Below, in pieces: positions 1 to 15,149 of a stretch of 124,000 nt of DNA. Source of the stretch: Octopus vulgaris (taxonomy: Eukaryota); the NCBI GenBank assembly GCA_951406725.2, contig OX597826.1, forward strand, positions 60,036,001-60,160,000. The letters are read 5' to 3'. Below the pieces are notes generated by a model that saw only the letters and a list, made by a program, of their open reading frames with translations, was not told the origin of the DNA and ran no database searches. Numbering within the stretch: the stretch's first letter is position 1; every line of letters starts with the position of its first letter. The translations under genes and the position numbers were made by a program.

Positions 1-1179
1 TCTACGTTGCTATATAGCGTAAACTACACTCAAATAATGTAAGAACTGTCAGTGCGTTTATGAATTTATTAGATTTACCCGATTAGAAGTTGCAATTTTC
101 CTTTCATTAATCGTTTTAGGAACAGCAAAATGAAATATTGATTTGATTAGACTACGTTAAGTTTTTAAGCTCGCTGTGTCGTTCTATGCTTTGCTACGTG
201 TTTCTGCGCGTTATTATGCATTGCTGGGTTATATTAACCACGGTTCGTACGTTTGATTTTGCTATAGCATAACCACAAGAACAATGAAAACGACAATATG
301 CAGTCTTGGACAAAAGATGGACTGGATGTCTTCAATCACAGCTCTGTTAAACTAAAGCAAGCAAGGGACATGTGGGTATTGTTGCGAGGAAAAAGAGAAC
401 AAAATTGGCAAGTACACATCAGCAACTTCATAGACACTGCAACAACACTAGCAATATTTACATCACATTTGCAAGAAAATCACCAACATTAGCAGTAACA
501 ATGACGACCAGCCAATATGAGGCCTGTAAGTGGTTGCTCGATATAGCATCCAAATTTTCAAATTGTGCTCCATAGATTTTAATCAAGGAGTACTTATTTT
601 CATATGATCTTACGCACATTGTATCTCAATACAAGACAGGATGGGCGAGAGTAGGTATCTATAGCAAGAAGTCTTTTATGTTCGATTACGTTCGATGTCC
701 ACCGACTCGTTATTTTGCGGTCAAATTTGTCTGTTATCATTTCGGGGCCGATAAAATGCGTACCCGTGGAGCTACGGGGGAGGATGTAACTGACTTACCA
801 GTTTCCTAAATTTGTTGGGTTTGTGCCAAAAGTTGACACTATATGAGTGAGTGGCTGAAACAATAACAACCACAACAATGATTGTGGCATCACAAATGAT
901 AGTAAGAAAATAGCAACATTAACACCACTAACATCAAAACAAAAGCAGCAGTAGTAAAACGGGCACCAGCTCCCACACTGTGAACACAAATAACATGCAG
1001 AAGAGCTACAATCACAAAAATATTACAACAGATTGCAGAATGGCCAATAAGGGAGTCTCTGGCTTTTCTATCGATCTACTAGAAATAATTATTGAATCAC
1101 CATAAAGGCATCCCGTACTCTTTTACATAAGGAAAGCGCTTTTCCATATTCCTCTATTACCCTAAACTATATCTAGGAG

Positions 1180-1481
1180 CACTCCGTCGGTTACGATGAC
1201 GAGGGTCCCAGATGATACGATAGACGGAACAGCTTGCTCATGAAATTAACGTGCAAGTGACTGAGACTGAGCAATCCACAGATGCTTGTACCCCTAACGT
1301 AGTTCTGAGAGAGATTCAACGTGACACAGAGTGGGACAAGGAGGGCCAGTTGAAATACAGGTACAACTCATTTTTGCCTGCTGAGTGGACTGGAGCAACG
1401 TGAAATAAAGTGTCTTGCTGAACGCGTCGCCGGGAATTGAACTCACGACCTTACAATTGTGAGCCGACTGCCCTAACCACT
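1180..1481 (-). mobile_element. tRNA-derived SINE family D (CORE/Meta-like core), 5' end slightly truncated
   Basis: Reverse complement has a tRNA-like head, the core GTTCAGCAAGACACTTTATTTCACGTTGCTCCAGTCCACTCAGC and the tail GGGACCCTCGTCATCGTAACCGACGGAGTG; near-identical to 96107-96424. Confidence 0.85.
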
Positions 1482-2839
1482 TCACAACCCTAAAACTAAT
1501 ACTATATTCGTAAAGTTTGTTCCTGTTTACCTAGCATATTTTACAGTGATGACAAAAGAGTTCTAATTATACTCTCATACACACCCAGCCATACATAAAC
1601 GGTGCCATACCCATATGCTCACGCCATCCTTATTCTATAAACACACGATTATATATAGCTGCTTATATGCACATACACGCAACTACGTTTATATTTTTAC
1701 TACTTGCAACTGTTTGTCATGTTAATCTCCTATCCATATATATATATAATCTCAAACCATCTATTACAAATCTATTGATACATATTTTCATGCTGTTTAT
1801 CTTTCTGTTAACTTCTTAATTTGCCCGGCATTCAATGACAATCAAATGCACTCACCTCTACTAAAACCTCCAAGCATGTCTATACTTTTCTAATGCCATT
1901 GTATACCATACACGCCTATATCAACCAAATTTTTTTTATTCTAATTAAAATTTAGTCTTTTTTCCTCTTTCTATCTTGGCAAAGACCTCCTGTCCGAAAT
2001 GTCAATTTCTGTTGCGCTTCTTCAAATTGTAATACATATACAACGTGGGTGTTTGCCTTCATTCATGATTTGTCTTCTGAATTAATTTCTGTCAGAAACA
2101 AATCCCCAGACGCACCAGATATCGGATTACTTATCATTAATTTGAATCAGGATTGTGGCGATAACAACGTAAGTGACACAAGTTTTTCTAGTTTCGCTAC
2201 ATAAATTTGAAATACAATGTTGAAAAATGAAATGGTGACTGGTTTTATTGAACAAAAAATATTTGGTAAATAACTGTTTCGCAACTGAATCGCTTAAACT
2301 AAAAACAAAATCTGAAATATATAAAATGTGAAATTTATTAGAAACACAAAAAAGTACAATAAATTCATTTACTGAAAACTATCTCTTTCTCAACTAAAAA
2401 ATAATAATTTCTATTATCCATCGTTTAATTGAATGCAGTTTTCAAATAATGTGCCAATGTTCTGTCTTAGGCCCGCTAAATAAATTATAGATGGGTTGAA
2501 GGGATTTACAGTCACGTAAATTTGATGCCAACAAAATTTTAAACTTTATCAGGAATTTGAAAGTTTTTTCATCTTTTGCAAATTGGAAACCTTAAAGAAT
2601 AAAATGTTTTTCATTTTAAAGGCCATGAAGAAAAGCAGAACTGTAGACATAATTTATTGATAACAATGCAAAATAATTCGCATCAGTCGCATATCATCCG
2701 ATACTGTGCTGCAGAAAATTACATTTTCACGAACCGAGTCGAAGAAATGTAATTTTTCTGTAGAAAAATATCTCGCTCTCTCGCTCTCTCTCACTGATTT
2801 CCATATGTATATATACATTTATATATTAGTTTTATATAT

Positions 2840-2870
<31 letters not shown>

Positions 2871-2889
2871 ACACACATATGTATATATA

Positions 2890-2921
<32 letters not shown>

Positions 2922-3220
2922 AATATACACGCAACATACACGTATACACACACAGGCACGCATATTCTGGTATACGCATATTAGGGCAAAGAGAAATGTA
3001 TTTTGTGAAAATTTGTACACACGGTATAGTATTATTATACAGACTACATGAAGCAAGTCCTGACGTAATTCATTTAAGTACATCGTCTGTATCTCTTTAG
3101 ATTTGTTCCTTGTATTAGGTTCATTCACATAGGTGAAACATGCTTCGTTTAATAGATTCCCAATGCTTTCAAATGGCCTGTTTGTGTGTGTGGCAGTCAC
3201 CTCCACTCTCTCTCTCTCTT

Positions 3221-3262
<42 letters not shown>

Positions 3263-3481
3263 GTGCGTGTGTGTGTATACATATAAATATATGATACATA
3301 TGTAAATATATCATACATATATTCATTTGCAATACACATAAATATATATATATATTTAGAGACACACAATCATATATATATATATACAAATACTATCTAT
3401 CTATCTATCTTTCTATCTATCTATCTGTCTATCTATCTATTTATCTATGCATCTAACTCTATCTCCGTCCCTATCTATTTA

Positions 3482-3513
<32 letters not shown>

Positions 3514-3519
3514 GCTCTC

Positions 3520-3558
<39 letters not shown>

Positions 3559-5689
3559 AGAGAGAGGGAAACAGAAATACTTATACATATATATCAATAT
3601 ATATATATGTATATATTCACACAGTATATGTATATTTATAAATCTATACAGAATTTTGTCTAAATATATATATATACATGTTTGTCCGCACGCACACGTG
3701 GTTGTGTGATTGTGCGTGTGGGTACACACCTATGTGTGTGGGTGTGTGGACATTAGCTGAAAGCCATAACATTTGGAGAAAGAAGAGAGCTCTGTCTATT
3801 AAATTTAAAGTAGACGCCAACGGGAGTCGAAATAACTATGTAGAAGCAATGTCGTGCACTTAGCCTCTGGCTTTGCTATATCTGTCGGTTCTCAATTTTC
3901 CTGAATATTTATGAATATTTATGTGATGTCTCCACACCGATGGATTTTACTATTTTCATGGACATCAACACATTTTAAGCTGCATCCAAATGCAAAGCAT
4001 TCGGTCCTTAAAAGCATCATTCAGCCATTAGCGCAGAGATATACTTTTGATTTTGTTTCTACTTTCTGTTCCGATTTGAAAAGGCCTGTTACTCTAGACT
4101 GGTAAAATTTCATATCCCATCTTGTGAAGTCCACCCAAACAATCTTTCGTATTTATCTCTATCATTTCTCTTAACGCCTTAAACCAATACAAATCATTTT
4201 AAAATTACGTTTGTTTTTTTCCCCTTTTTAAACAAATCTCGTTCGACATGCTCGCCACATTCAGGTTTTTCCAATTTTAATGTCTGGCATCGCTTAATCT
4301 TATCGTTTATCCACTACAGTATTTCCTTAAAATCTCCCCCACCTTACATTTTCTTTTTCTCTGTTTCTACATTCTTCTTTTTAAATACATATTTTTTTCA
4401 AATACAGTTTGTTGAAACTGAAAACATTCCTGACAGAAAACTCTACCTCTACAGCACCTTTCAATTTTCATTTACAGCTTTTTTCGTCTGCACTCGTCTG
4501 AAACGCTCTTTTATTATTTCTCGCTCTCTCGTGCGCGCGCTCACCTTCACATGTCATTGTTGAACACCTAGCACAAGCAATTATTTATTGCGATCAAATA
4601 ATTGTGGCATACATTAGCTCGCTCAATCAAGTAGACGCTGCCTGTACGGGTGGGTGCAAGCTATAACGGAAGATAGTATGGAAGTGATTCTAGAACAAAG
4701 AGAAATAAAGAGTTTTGCTCAAGAGCACAATGCACACCACCGACCAGAAACTGAAACCACGATCTTGCGATAGTCAATGCAACATGCTAACCGCGTGCTC
4801 CCGCGCCTTTATGCATATGTATATACATGTACATGTAAATATATGTGTGTGTATGTGTGTCTGTGTGCGTATGTGTGTTTGGGCATATATATATACACAC
4901 ACACACATAGAGTCCGATAGAATAATTACTAGGCTTACAAAGAATAAGTCTTGGGATCCATTCGTCCGACTTAATGCGGTGCTCCAGCATGGCCGCAGTC
5001 AAATGACTGAAACGAGTAAAAGAAAAAAAAGAAAGAAGATATATATTAATATATATACATGTACATACATACAGACACGTACTTACAGTCTCATACAGAC
5101 ATACGCACACAAACACACCCACATGCATAACAACAACTACAACAACATCAAGAGAGAGAGAACTTTATATATAGCGCCTAGGAAAAATATTACGAAATGC
5201 AAAATGCACACGGTCTTTCGTGTTGGAATAAATTTCATCATTTTAAAATAGAGTAACGGTAAAACCTGAATAAATATGCAAAATTGAGAGACTTACATCT
5301 TTTGTAGGAATAAAAGTAGAATATTTGTGATTTTATTCTTACACTGATTTTGATGACATAGTGTACAATGTTACAATCAAATTTCTTAAACGTATAAAGT
5401 TCCATATTCCATATATTATAATTACATACAGTTTTCATTTCGTATCTTGATAAGAATTTAAGTGTCTATGTGTAATGAGACCGTGTTAGCCTTACGCTAT
5501 GCTATAATCTGATGTACGTATCGGAAGAAACTGCGTTAAAAATACAGTATAGATAGAGCATGCGAGAAAAATAACCTTGTACATTAATATACAAAATATA
5601 AGTTCACTTGGGATGTAAATTTACGCATTTCAAATATTATTTTCTACGCTAAGTACAAGGCCCGAACGTTTCTGCCAGCTCGCCGCCTT

Positions 5690-5930
5690 ACGCATTTTAA
5701 ATATCATTTTCTATTCTAGGCACAAGGGCCGAAACATTGGGGGAGGTGGCCAGTCGATTGGATTGACCCGAGTACGCCACTGGTACTTAATTTATGAACC
5801 CCGAAAGGATGAAACGCAAAGTCAACCTCGGAGGAATTTCAACTCAGAACGTAAAGACAGACGAAATACGGCTAAGTATTTCACCCGGCATGCTAATGTT
5901 TCTGCCAGAACGCTGCCTTACGCATTTTAA
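5690..5930 (-). mobile_element. tRNA-derived SINE family B (Nin/Deu-like core), short-tail variant
   Basis: Core CCTCCGAGGTTGACTTTGCGTTTCATCCTTTCGGGGTTCATAAATTAAGTACCAG on the minus strand. Head fragment is partly duplicated at 5665-5706. Confidence 0.8.
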
Positions 5931-6217
5931 ATATCAAGATTTAAATATTTTCACAAATATTGTTACTTCAAATGAATTGACATCTTTTATTTCTCTTTTT
6001 TATTCGTTTCAGACATTAAACTTCATTCATAATTCGGCATCACTTTCAAGAATTTTAATCGAACGAATCGACCTCAATACTTATTTTTTTTTAAGTATCG
6101 GTATTCATTCTATCAGCCTCTTTTGCGGAACTGCTAAGTTATGAGGACATAAATACACCAGCATCTATTTTGGGGGGCAAGCTTAGACACAAAGACATAC
6201 ACACACACATATGTATG

Positions 6218-6276
<59 letters not shown>

Positions 6277-7876
6277 CGGATTTTTTAAAGCTAAATAAAG
6301 TTTAATGAGATTTAATGAAAGACATCAGTTAATCTTATAACTGGAGCCAGGCAACGGAAAACAGTTTTTTAAGCATTACAACAAGCAGTGCAATTTATGC
6401 CCAATGAAAAACCTTGGAATTATCTTAAATGAATATGAAGGAACGAATTTGAACTTACGTATGTAAGTTCTCAATAGCTCACCCCTAATACAAACCTCTG
6501 AGTTAATTAGATATATAAACAGATCCCTATTTATATTGACCACCGTCTATCTACAAGTTTTGCACTGTGACTTGGAATGATTTTAGTTCCCATTCTCAAT
6601 TATGTTATCCTACATTATTTCATTCTCATTAGCTTTCTTGACTTCTAGTTGCAACAGCCTATATACCTTAAACCTAAATTATTAAATACAGGTTTTTTTT
6701 TCTTTTTGTCTTCTTGATATCTTTTCCTATATCCGTAGTTCAAAACTATGCCATTCTTAGAAATGCCTACTTCAACTCATTAATTTAACTTTCGTTTTAT
6801 TATCATCATAACAATCATTCTTTTAATATTTAGGTGCTACATTCTATACCATGTTCCTAAGCTTAACGCTGAAGTATATTTAATTATTCTATTTCATTCA
6901 CTTGCATTTATCGTAATTATATATTATCTATTCACTTATTGCACGCCTGCCATTATATTTTCATAATTATAGCTAGACTTTTATCTAACTATACCTATCA
7001 TAAATATTATTTCTAATATCTATTCTTATGCCACATAATTATCTATCTGGACCGTTTCAAATTTTTTTAAATTTTGATTCCTCAGTTTTATATTTTTATA
7101 GGTCAAACCTTATCTCGTGTGCTACTTCAATATTTTAGGTTGCTTACCTAACCAGTATATTTTTAATTTAAAATGAAAATTTCAGCTTTATTTGTTATAC
7201 CCTATTAATCCTATATTTTCATTCGTTTATTATTTGCTTTTAATTATTATGTTATTAAAAATGTATTTTAATTATCTGTAAATATTTCCAGACTTCCTGC
7301 TAATTTTACCATTTATACAAGTTTTCTCAGTATTTTTACGTAGCATTTTATGTAAGCGCAGTGGTGATATTTCTATAGTAAATATATACAATACAATGCA
7401 TTATTAAACTTCGCTCACTTAATTTCATTACTGAAACTATATCTATTTAATCAAATTCTACCGTTCTCTGTAAAATTACCCCCACTGACTTCCATACAAA
7501 TTTAAAAAAAAAAGATACAAAATGAAAAACTGTGAATCTTAAAATGCAGCTGTAATTTCTGAAGGAAGAAAATTCCGGCGAATTTGAAGCAGACTTTTAC
7601 AAGCTATTCGTTTATTTTTTGTATTTGCATTATGTTGATGATCATTATTCCTCTTCCCTGTACGCTAACATTATTCAAAATATCGATTTTATCTTTACCT
7701 CGCTTTCTATTCCTACAGTACTTTATACCAAATCAATTCCCGTGTAGTACTCTCATATTGATGTCTCAAAACTTTTACTATGAGTTATACAATACACACT
7801 ATTTTCAATAAATGTCTTTTGCTCACACACACACGCAAACATACATACGTATACACACATATGCATATCGTTCGTC

Positions 7877-8147
7877 ACCCTTTTCAAGCCTAGCCAGGCT
7901 CATGAGCCCGGTATTTGTTCCACCCTACCTACCCAGCTGGACAGGACGCCAGTCCATCGCAGCGTTACTCAAGAAACAGGAAGAGAGAGCGAGAGAAAGT
8001 TGTGGTGAAAGAGTACAACAGTCACCACCGCCGCCTGCCGGAGCCTCGACGTGCTTTTAGGTGTTTTCGCTCAATAAACACATACAACGCCCGGGCTGGG
8101 AATCGAAACCGCGATTCCGCTTCCCTAACCACTGGGCCATCGCACCT

Positions 8148-8150
<3 letters not shown>
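7877..8150 (-). mobile_element. tRNA-derived SINE family C1 (V-domain-like 3' part)
   Basis: Head GGAGGTGCGATGGCCCAGTGGTTAGGG...GGTTTCGATTCCCAG with A/B boxes; 3' part GATGGACTGGCGTCCTGTCCAGCTGGG. Sister copies at 62965-63273 and 91898-92184. Confidence 0.85.
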
Positions 8151-8228
<78 letters not shown>

Positions 8229-9189
8229 CATACATAATTGCATATTTGTTGAAGATGAGATAGAATGACTAAATTCTAATTGTATTGAGAACATTAATTG
8301 TAATCTGATTTGAAATATTTTTTGGATCTAAGTTAACGTTTACGAATTCCATGCAAGGACCATTTGGTATAAATTAACCTGTTGACATGTATTGCAATGA
8401 TATATTTCAACATATCACAACATAACATTATAACAAGCAAACTTTGAAAGCTTAGTATGCTATGACACTTAGTAAGTAATTAAAGTGCTTTGGGTGTAGA
8501 AACGTTTATACGAGTTCTGACATGAAGCAGTTTCTGATATGGTTCAGTTGACTTGGATGCTCGGGTAATGACGAGAGCTGCTAATAACTCCACCTAATTA
8601 CAGTGATGCAACTTAATTACCCATATTTTTCTCATTACATCCACTTGAGAGAAAACTCTATCCTCTTTATATGGACCTCACCTATATTATGAAACCGGCT
8701 CTTCTTCACAACTTATTTGATGATGCTGTCAGCACACTCACAAGTGCGCCACCTGCTGCTACACATTGAGCTCCCAGGTAACGTTGTTGAGAGATTATTT
8801 AACACAGGACATGCAGAACATCTAGCTTTCTCACCGGTTAAATAACTAAAATTATATATAAGCTTTGAATGAAAGTGTGTTATTACAAACTACTGAGAAA
8901 ATAATTCTCTAATATTTTCAGATAGACAATATTCATATATCTGTCTGTATTCTTAACCTTGTTAGTCTATAGTAGTTATTAAAATAATTAGTGAGATTGT
9001 TCACAAAGAGACATGAAGCACTATTGACGAATCACTTGTACATAAGAAGAACTGCAATCCTTTTTGCAGATTTTTTTTTATTAAAATGCCTTCTACTTTT
9101 TACGAGAAGCACATTCATATTTATCTTTTCATACTTATAATGTATTACAAAAATTTCATAACACAAAATATTTTGGCGTCTTCTTATCC

Positions 9190-9730
9190 GTTTCTACGTC
9201 CGTTTAGCTTCGTCAGGATGGAATCTGCTTTGGAATTTTGGATCAGTAAATTCAAGAAGAAAAACAACCCCTTGAGCGGTAACATCATCCTTGAAAAAGC
9301 GCGGAAATTATACCAGCAGCTCGACAGAGGGGGCAGATTAGAAGGCACTGAAGAACCGTAACTAAGACCATTGACTGCACCGGAGAGCAAGGGATAGTTT
9401 TGACCGTTTCCACAAACGGTTTAAAATAAAATTTGTTTCTCTACATGGGAAGACAGCATTAGCCGACAAAAACACCGCCGAAAAGGGCCTCGAGACCTTC
9501 AGGTAGATGATCGAGGACAAGGGATACAAGCTGGAAGAGGTTTTCTGTATGGACGAGACTGGCTTGTTCTGGAATAAGATACCTTCCAGAATGTACATCA
9601 TAAATGCCGAAGCCAGGGTCTCAGCATTTAGGGCACAGGAGGACAGGCTGATGCTAATAACGTGTGGCAATGCTGCTGGCTACACGAGGAGACCAGGACT
9701 TATCTACAAGTCTGTGAACCCAAGGAACTA
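9190..9730 (+). pseudogene. Tigger/pogo DDE transposase, disrupted (CENP-B HTH plus DDE_1 fragment)
   Basis: Translations RMESALEFWISKFKKKNNPLSGNIILEKARKLY and GYKLEEVFCMDETGLFWNKIPSRMYI...QEDRLMLITCGNAAG...PGLIYKSVNPR match pogo/Tigger motifs; contains stops and frameshifts. Confidence 0.9.
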
Positions 9731-9789
9731 TCAATCTATCTATATATATATATTTTACGTTATATGTTGACATTTATAAGCATTTTTCT

Positions 9790-9870
9790 GGACTACATCC
9801 AATATTCGCGGTTTTTTACTATTCGCGGGTGCTCTAGTAACGTAACCACGCAAAGACCGGGGGAATACTG
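9790..9870 (+). mobile_element. Tigger-like right end / terminal inverted repeat remnant
   Basis: TATTCGCGGTTTTTTACTATTCGCGGGTGCTCTAGTAACGTAACC...GGGGAATACTG resembles Tigger subterminal and TIR sequence just downstream of the transposase. Confidence 0.65.
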
Positions 9871-9879
9871 CGATCCTTT

Positions 9880-10775
9880 CTATTATAGGCACAAGGCCTG
9901 AATTTTAGGGGAGGGTAACGTTCGATTACATCGACCCCAATTCTCAACCGGTACTTATTTCATCGGATCCGAAAGGATGAACGGTAAAGCCGACCTCGGT
10001 GGAATTTGATCTCAGAGCATAAGGACGAATGAAATGCCACGAAGCATTTTGCCCGGCGTGCTAACGTTTCTGCCAGCTCACCCCTTTATCACCATTAATA
10101 ATAAAGAGATCTGGTGCACACACAGGGTCCCACGTTAAGATAAAACATCCAGTCGCTAATATCGATTTCATATTTTGGCACAAAGCCAGACGTTTCGGCG
10201 TAGGTCGATTATATCAACCCAAGCATTCAACCGGTACATATTTTATTGAAACCCGAAAAAATTAAATGCAAAGTAGACACTGTCAGAATTTGAATCCTGA
10301 ACGTAAAGCCGAGCGAAATGCCGTTAAGCATTTCACTCGTTGTACTAACGATTCTTATTTATTTAGTGCCCACAAGAGGCTACACACAGAGGGGACAAAC
10401 AAGGACAGACGAACGGATTAAGTCGATTATATCGACCCCAATGCGTAACTGGTACTTATTTAATCGACCCTGAAAGGGTAAAAGGCAAATTCGACCTGGG
10501 CGGAATTTGAACTCAGAACGTAGCGGCAGACGAAATACCTATTTCTTTACTACCCACAAGGGGCTACACACAGAGGGGACAAAAGAAGGACAGACGAACG
10601 GATTAAGTCGATTATAACGACTCCAATGCGTAACTGGTACTTATTTAATCAACCCCGAAAGGATGAAAGGCAAAGTCGACCTCGGCGGAATTTGAACTCA
10701 GTACGTAACGGCAGACGAAATACGGCTACGCATTTCGCCCGGCGTGCTAACGTTTCTGCCAGGTCGCCGCCTTAC
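9880..10775 (-). mobile_element. Head-to-tail cluster of four family B SINE units
   Basis: Four successive copies of the core GAAAGGATGAAAGGCAAAGTCGACCTCGGCGGAATTTGAACTCAG at about 9970, 10255, 10470 and 10660. Confidence 0.85.
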
Positions 10776-11622
10776 GCAGTCGTTAATATCGAGCTTCGTA
10801 TTTCGGAAGTTCTAATATTAACTGTCCAGTTATAGAGATCAAACTCAGAACATTTCGGTTATTATCAGTCAGTTAGAAAAGAAATCACGACGTAATTTAA
10901 CAAAACTAAATACCAGTGCGGTTAATGATAAGAAGAGATAACACAAAGCATACAGATAAACCATAGATTCGATAATATTAAACTTAGTACTCTGCAGGTC
11001 CTCATATTAAATATTCAGTTATAAAGAATATGGCTAGAATCATTCGGTTAGAACCTAATTTAACGAAACTAAATAACAACGTGTCTAATGGTAAGAAAAG
11101 ATAATATAATAATTATAAAATAATAACACAAAATACTAAAATATATATCATTCTGATATGATTACATATTTCTTGGATATCACTAAAAAATATCTTGAAA
11201 TTGGAAATTAGGAAATTAACAAGTAAAAAAAATCATAAAATCATTTATACACAAAAGTGACAGCAAAATAACAAGGACCAAATATGGAAAGTCTAATGAG
11301 AAACACATGATATAACACACGCAGTATCAACATCTAAATATCACATTGAAATATCAACAAGAAAATTATCCTCGAGAGGAAATGATGAGAGATAATGAGG
11401 TAGAGAGGAAGTAGAAATTTTAAGTTTCTCGTAATATACAAATTAGTGATATAACGCAGAGGAATGTGGAAGTAAAAATCAACTTCGTAATATCAAAGCC
11501 AATTAGCTGGCTCTCTCATCTACAATCTTACATGGTTCCAAATCAGAAATCATATACGCAGTAAACGTGTATATGTGTATTACACACCCAAAGCACACAC
11601 ACACACACAGACACACACCCAA

Positions 11623-11666
<44 letters not shown>

Positions 11667-11764
11667 ACATACACACATATATTATATAGAATAAAAAGAT
11701 GGAAAGTATATTTGATTTATTGGGTACGACACATGTTTCGACCCGAAGAATTCCTCCATTATAT

Positions 11765-11851
<87 letters not shown>

Positions 11852-11860
11852 CATGCACAT

Positions 11861-11907
<47 letters not shown>

Positions 11908-12904
11908 TATATATATATGTATACATATATATATATGTGTGTGTGTGCATGTGTGTGTAATCATGTTATGTATATATACAGATATATATATATGCATACA
12001 TGCATTTTATATATGCATATGTGTGTGTATATCAAAATATGTAATTATATATTGTGTGCGTGTGTATGTGTGTTTAATATACAGATGTTCGATATGCATA
12101 TAAAGTTGATGAAAGATGATGCACTTGATGAAAGATTAATAAGGAAATGCACCGATCTACTCTGTTTCTGCTACAAGAAAGCATCCCACATATCAATATT
12201 ATACACAAAAACGCAAAAGGCATTATATTCGTGTTTGTGTATGTACGGATGGATGTGTATGTGTATACGCTTGTGTGCGTATATTTATGTATATGTTTGT
12301 ATAAAAATACGTATATATATATATATGTAATTTTTCAGAAGGAACTGTTTGACAGTAACTTCGAAATTTCGGCTTGCTAGCTGTCATTGTTAAACTTTTC
12401 TTTGTTAAAATTAATAAATAATATATACTTTCCTAAAATTACTGAGTTCCCTTTAAATACACTCCTTCAGTTTAATTTTAAATTATTTTTATACATAACT
12501 GCACATCAATATATTTATTGATGCATGTAAATACAAAGAATTCAAGTTCTCAGACTACATATTTTTCAATATAATTATTTGTATAATATTTTTTCCTAAG
12601 GACACAGTCCTTTAAATTTCGAATAACGTAGTTAGTGCATTACATTAACCCCCACAATTCACTGATACTCTATTTTATCGATCACAAAAAAAACATAAAT
12701 AAAGCTAATGATTTTGGCGGGATTTGAACTCCAAACAATAACTTAGTATAACTTAGTATAACCAGTGGAAGAGGTTTCTTTTCTTTTTATTTTTGCCGAC
12801 TCAGCCAATCCACTGCCGACGAGACCGATATGCATGTTCCTGAAGAGTACGATGCTTTCAATTACTGAGAATCTGGTTTTTGGATCGGATCAGCTAGCCT
12901 CTTA

Positions 12905-13300
12905 ATGAATTTCATTCGCTCTTTTACTTGTTTCAGTCATGTGAATGTGGCCATGCTGGAGCACCACCTTTACTCGAGCGAACCGACCCCAGGACTTATT
13001 CTTTGTAAGCCTAGTACTTATTCTATCGGTCTCGTTTGCCGAACCGCTAAGTGACGGGGACGTAAACACACCAACATCGGTTGTCAAGTGATGTTGCGGG
13101 GACAAAAACACACACACAAACATATACACAACATGAATATATACATATATACGACGTGCTTCATTCAGTTTCCGTCTACCAAATCCACTCACAAGGCTTT
13201 GGTCAGCCCGAGGCTATAGTAGAAGACATTTGCCCAAGGTGCCTCGCAGTGGGACTGAACGTGGAACCATGTGGTTTGAAAGCAAGTTACGTACCACGCA
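12905..13300 (-). mobile_element. tRNA-derived SINE family A (about 400 bp, internal TA/CA microsatellite)
   Basis: Head GGTTCCACGTTCAGTCCCACTGCGAGGCACCTTGGGCAAATG, middle GGATTTGGTAGACGGAAACTGAATGAAGC, tail GGCTTACAAAGAATAAGTCCTGGGGTCG...CCAGCATGGCCACATTCACATGACTGAAACAAGTAAAAGAG. Confidence 0.9.
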
Positions 13301-13685
13301 ATCAACTTCTAGTGCGTTAGTCCCACACTTTCCTTGTCTCTAACGTCCTTCTACAAGGATAAACATCTCGACTGTGATAGACTTTGTAGAATGTGTACAA
13401 GCATAGATATTCTGCTAACCAAGTATTTTCCTTAGTTTTGTCTTTATTTATAACATGGATCAAACCCTGAATGTGGGTAAGCTATAGATGCATAGTTCAA
13501 TACATACCATCACAGGTATTCCATTCGTGACCTACTCTTCATGTTTTAACGTGCAGGAAAAGCAGGAAGACTTTATACGTTGCCGTTTCTAAAAATGAAA
13601 ATATTTTATAAAGATTGAGCTATTATTTCTATTATTTCTATCACGTTGAACGTGATATAAGCTTACTTAAACTCATTCATATTTG

Positions 13686-13749
<64 letters not shown>

Positions 13750-13892
13750 CTATGTATGTATGTGTATATGCATAGATGGATAGATAGAGATAGAGAGCTT
13801 TACACACACTCACATATATATGTATATATATATATATATATACATACATAGAGAGAGAGGTGGGTGAGAGATAGTTGGATAGACAGATATTT

Positions 13893-13941
<49 letters not shown>

Positions 13942-14529
13942 CATACATAGAGAGAGAGAGAGGTAGGTAAGAGATAGTTGAGTAGACATATATTTACACA
14001 CACACACACATACATATACATATACACTTGAGTGTGTATGTAGCTATACAGAGAGAGAGAGAAAACTGTATATATATATGGTAATTGGTTCTAATTTTAT
14101 AATAGAACGAATAAATTCTTAAAGCCTTGCAGCGTATCTGCTTTCAATGTGTACATTGACTCTTCAAACTCTTATTTCCTCGTTCACACTTTTACTAAGA
14201 TGCAAACAACATACATTACACCATTAAAAAAATGTCTCTAGCATTTTCAAATTTTAGACTTAATTTTTGGCTCACCAGTGAGGTTCCACGTGACCTCAAT
14301 TGGACTGACGTTGCTAAAATTCAACATTTCTTGTGGCTATTTTATGCCATTCATGCTGTTTACTGTTAGCATCTTCGTCATACTTTGAACAACTTTCTAG
14401 AGTGCATTTGAGATTATAAAAATAGTTATTTTAAACTTCTCTTCGGGGCTTGTCTTTAGCTTGCAGCAAGCACGCTGCTTTGTTCTGTAATAAAGTCATC
14501 CCTTTAAATACTCTCTCTGTCTCTCTCTG

Positions 14530-14688
<159 letters not shown>

Positions 14689-15149
14689 GTTATATGTTTC
14701 TACCTCACTACTCGCCACATCCGCACGCACCGTGTTATTTTATCACATTCATATTTACTGAAATTTTCTTCTTGAGAATTATTATGCGGAATTATGATTC
14801 TGGCTGGCATTTGCAAGAAAATTACATACCTATTTATAAGGAAAATTAGATATTTGTAACCTTTCATGCTAATTCTTTCTTGTGCCTGCGAGTGTCAGGC
14901 CACTTAGCTCCATGATTAAGCCATTCTCTCCTTGTCTGCCTCCTTCCCTGCCACATGTAAAGCACATGATGTGAAGATATTTGTGATTCGTTCAAGTTTC
15001 GCTTTAATTATTCAATTCTTCTTTCCTGTAATTCATAGAAGGTCTGGTATGGTCTGGTTTGAAGCCGTAGTGCTCTAATTAGGATATTAATAAATATCAT
15101 AACGTATATCTACTTATCCTTAAATAGAACACACTCTTGAGGGTTATGA

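Noticed and set aside
11715-11760. GGGTC-GAAACATGTGTC motif; similar traces near 1975-2010, 14690-14730, 62762-62790 and 100240-100285
   Set aside because: Each needs three or more core repairs; they may be fossil hammerheads but cannot be supported without a family consensus.
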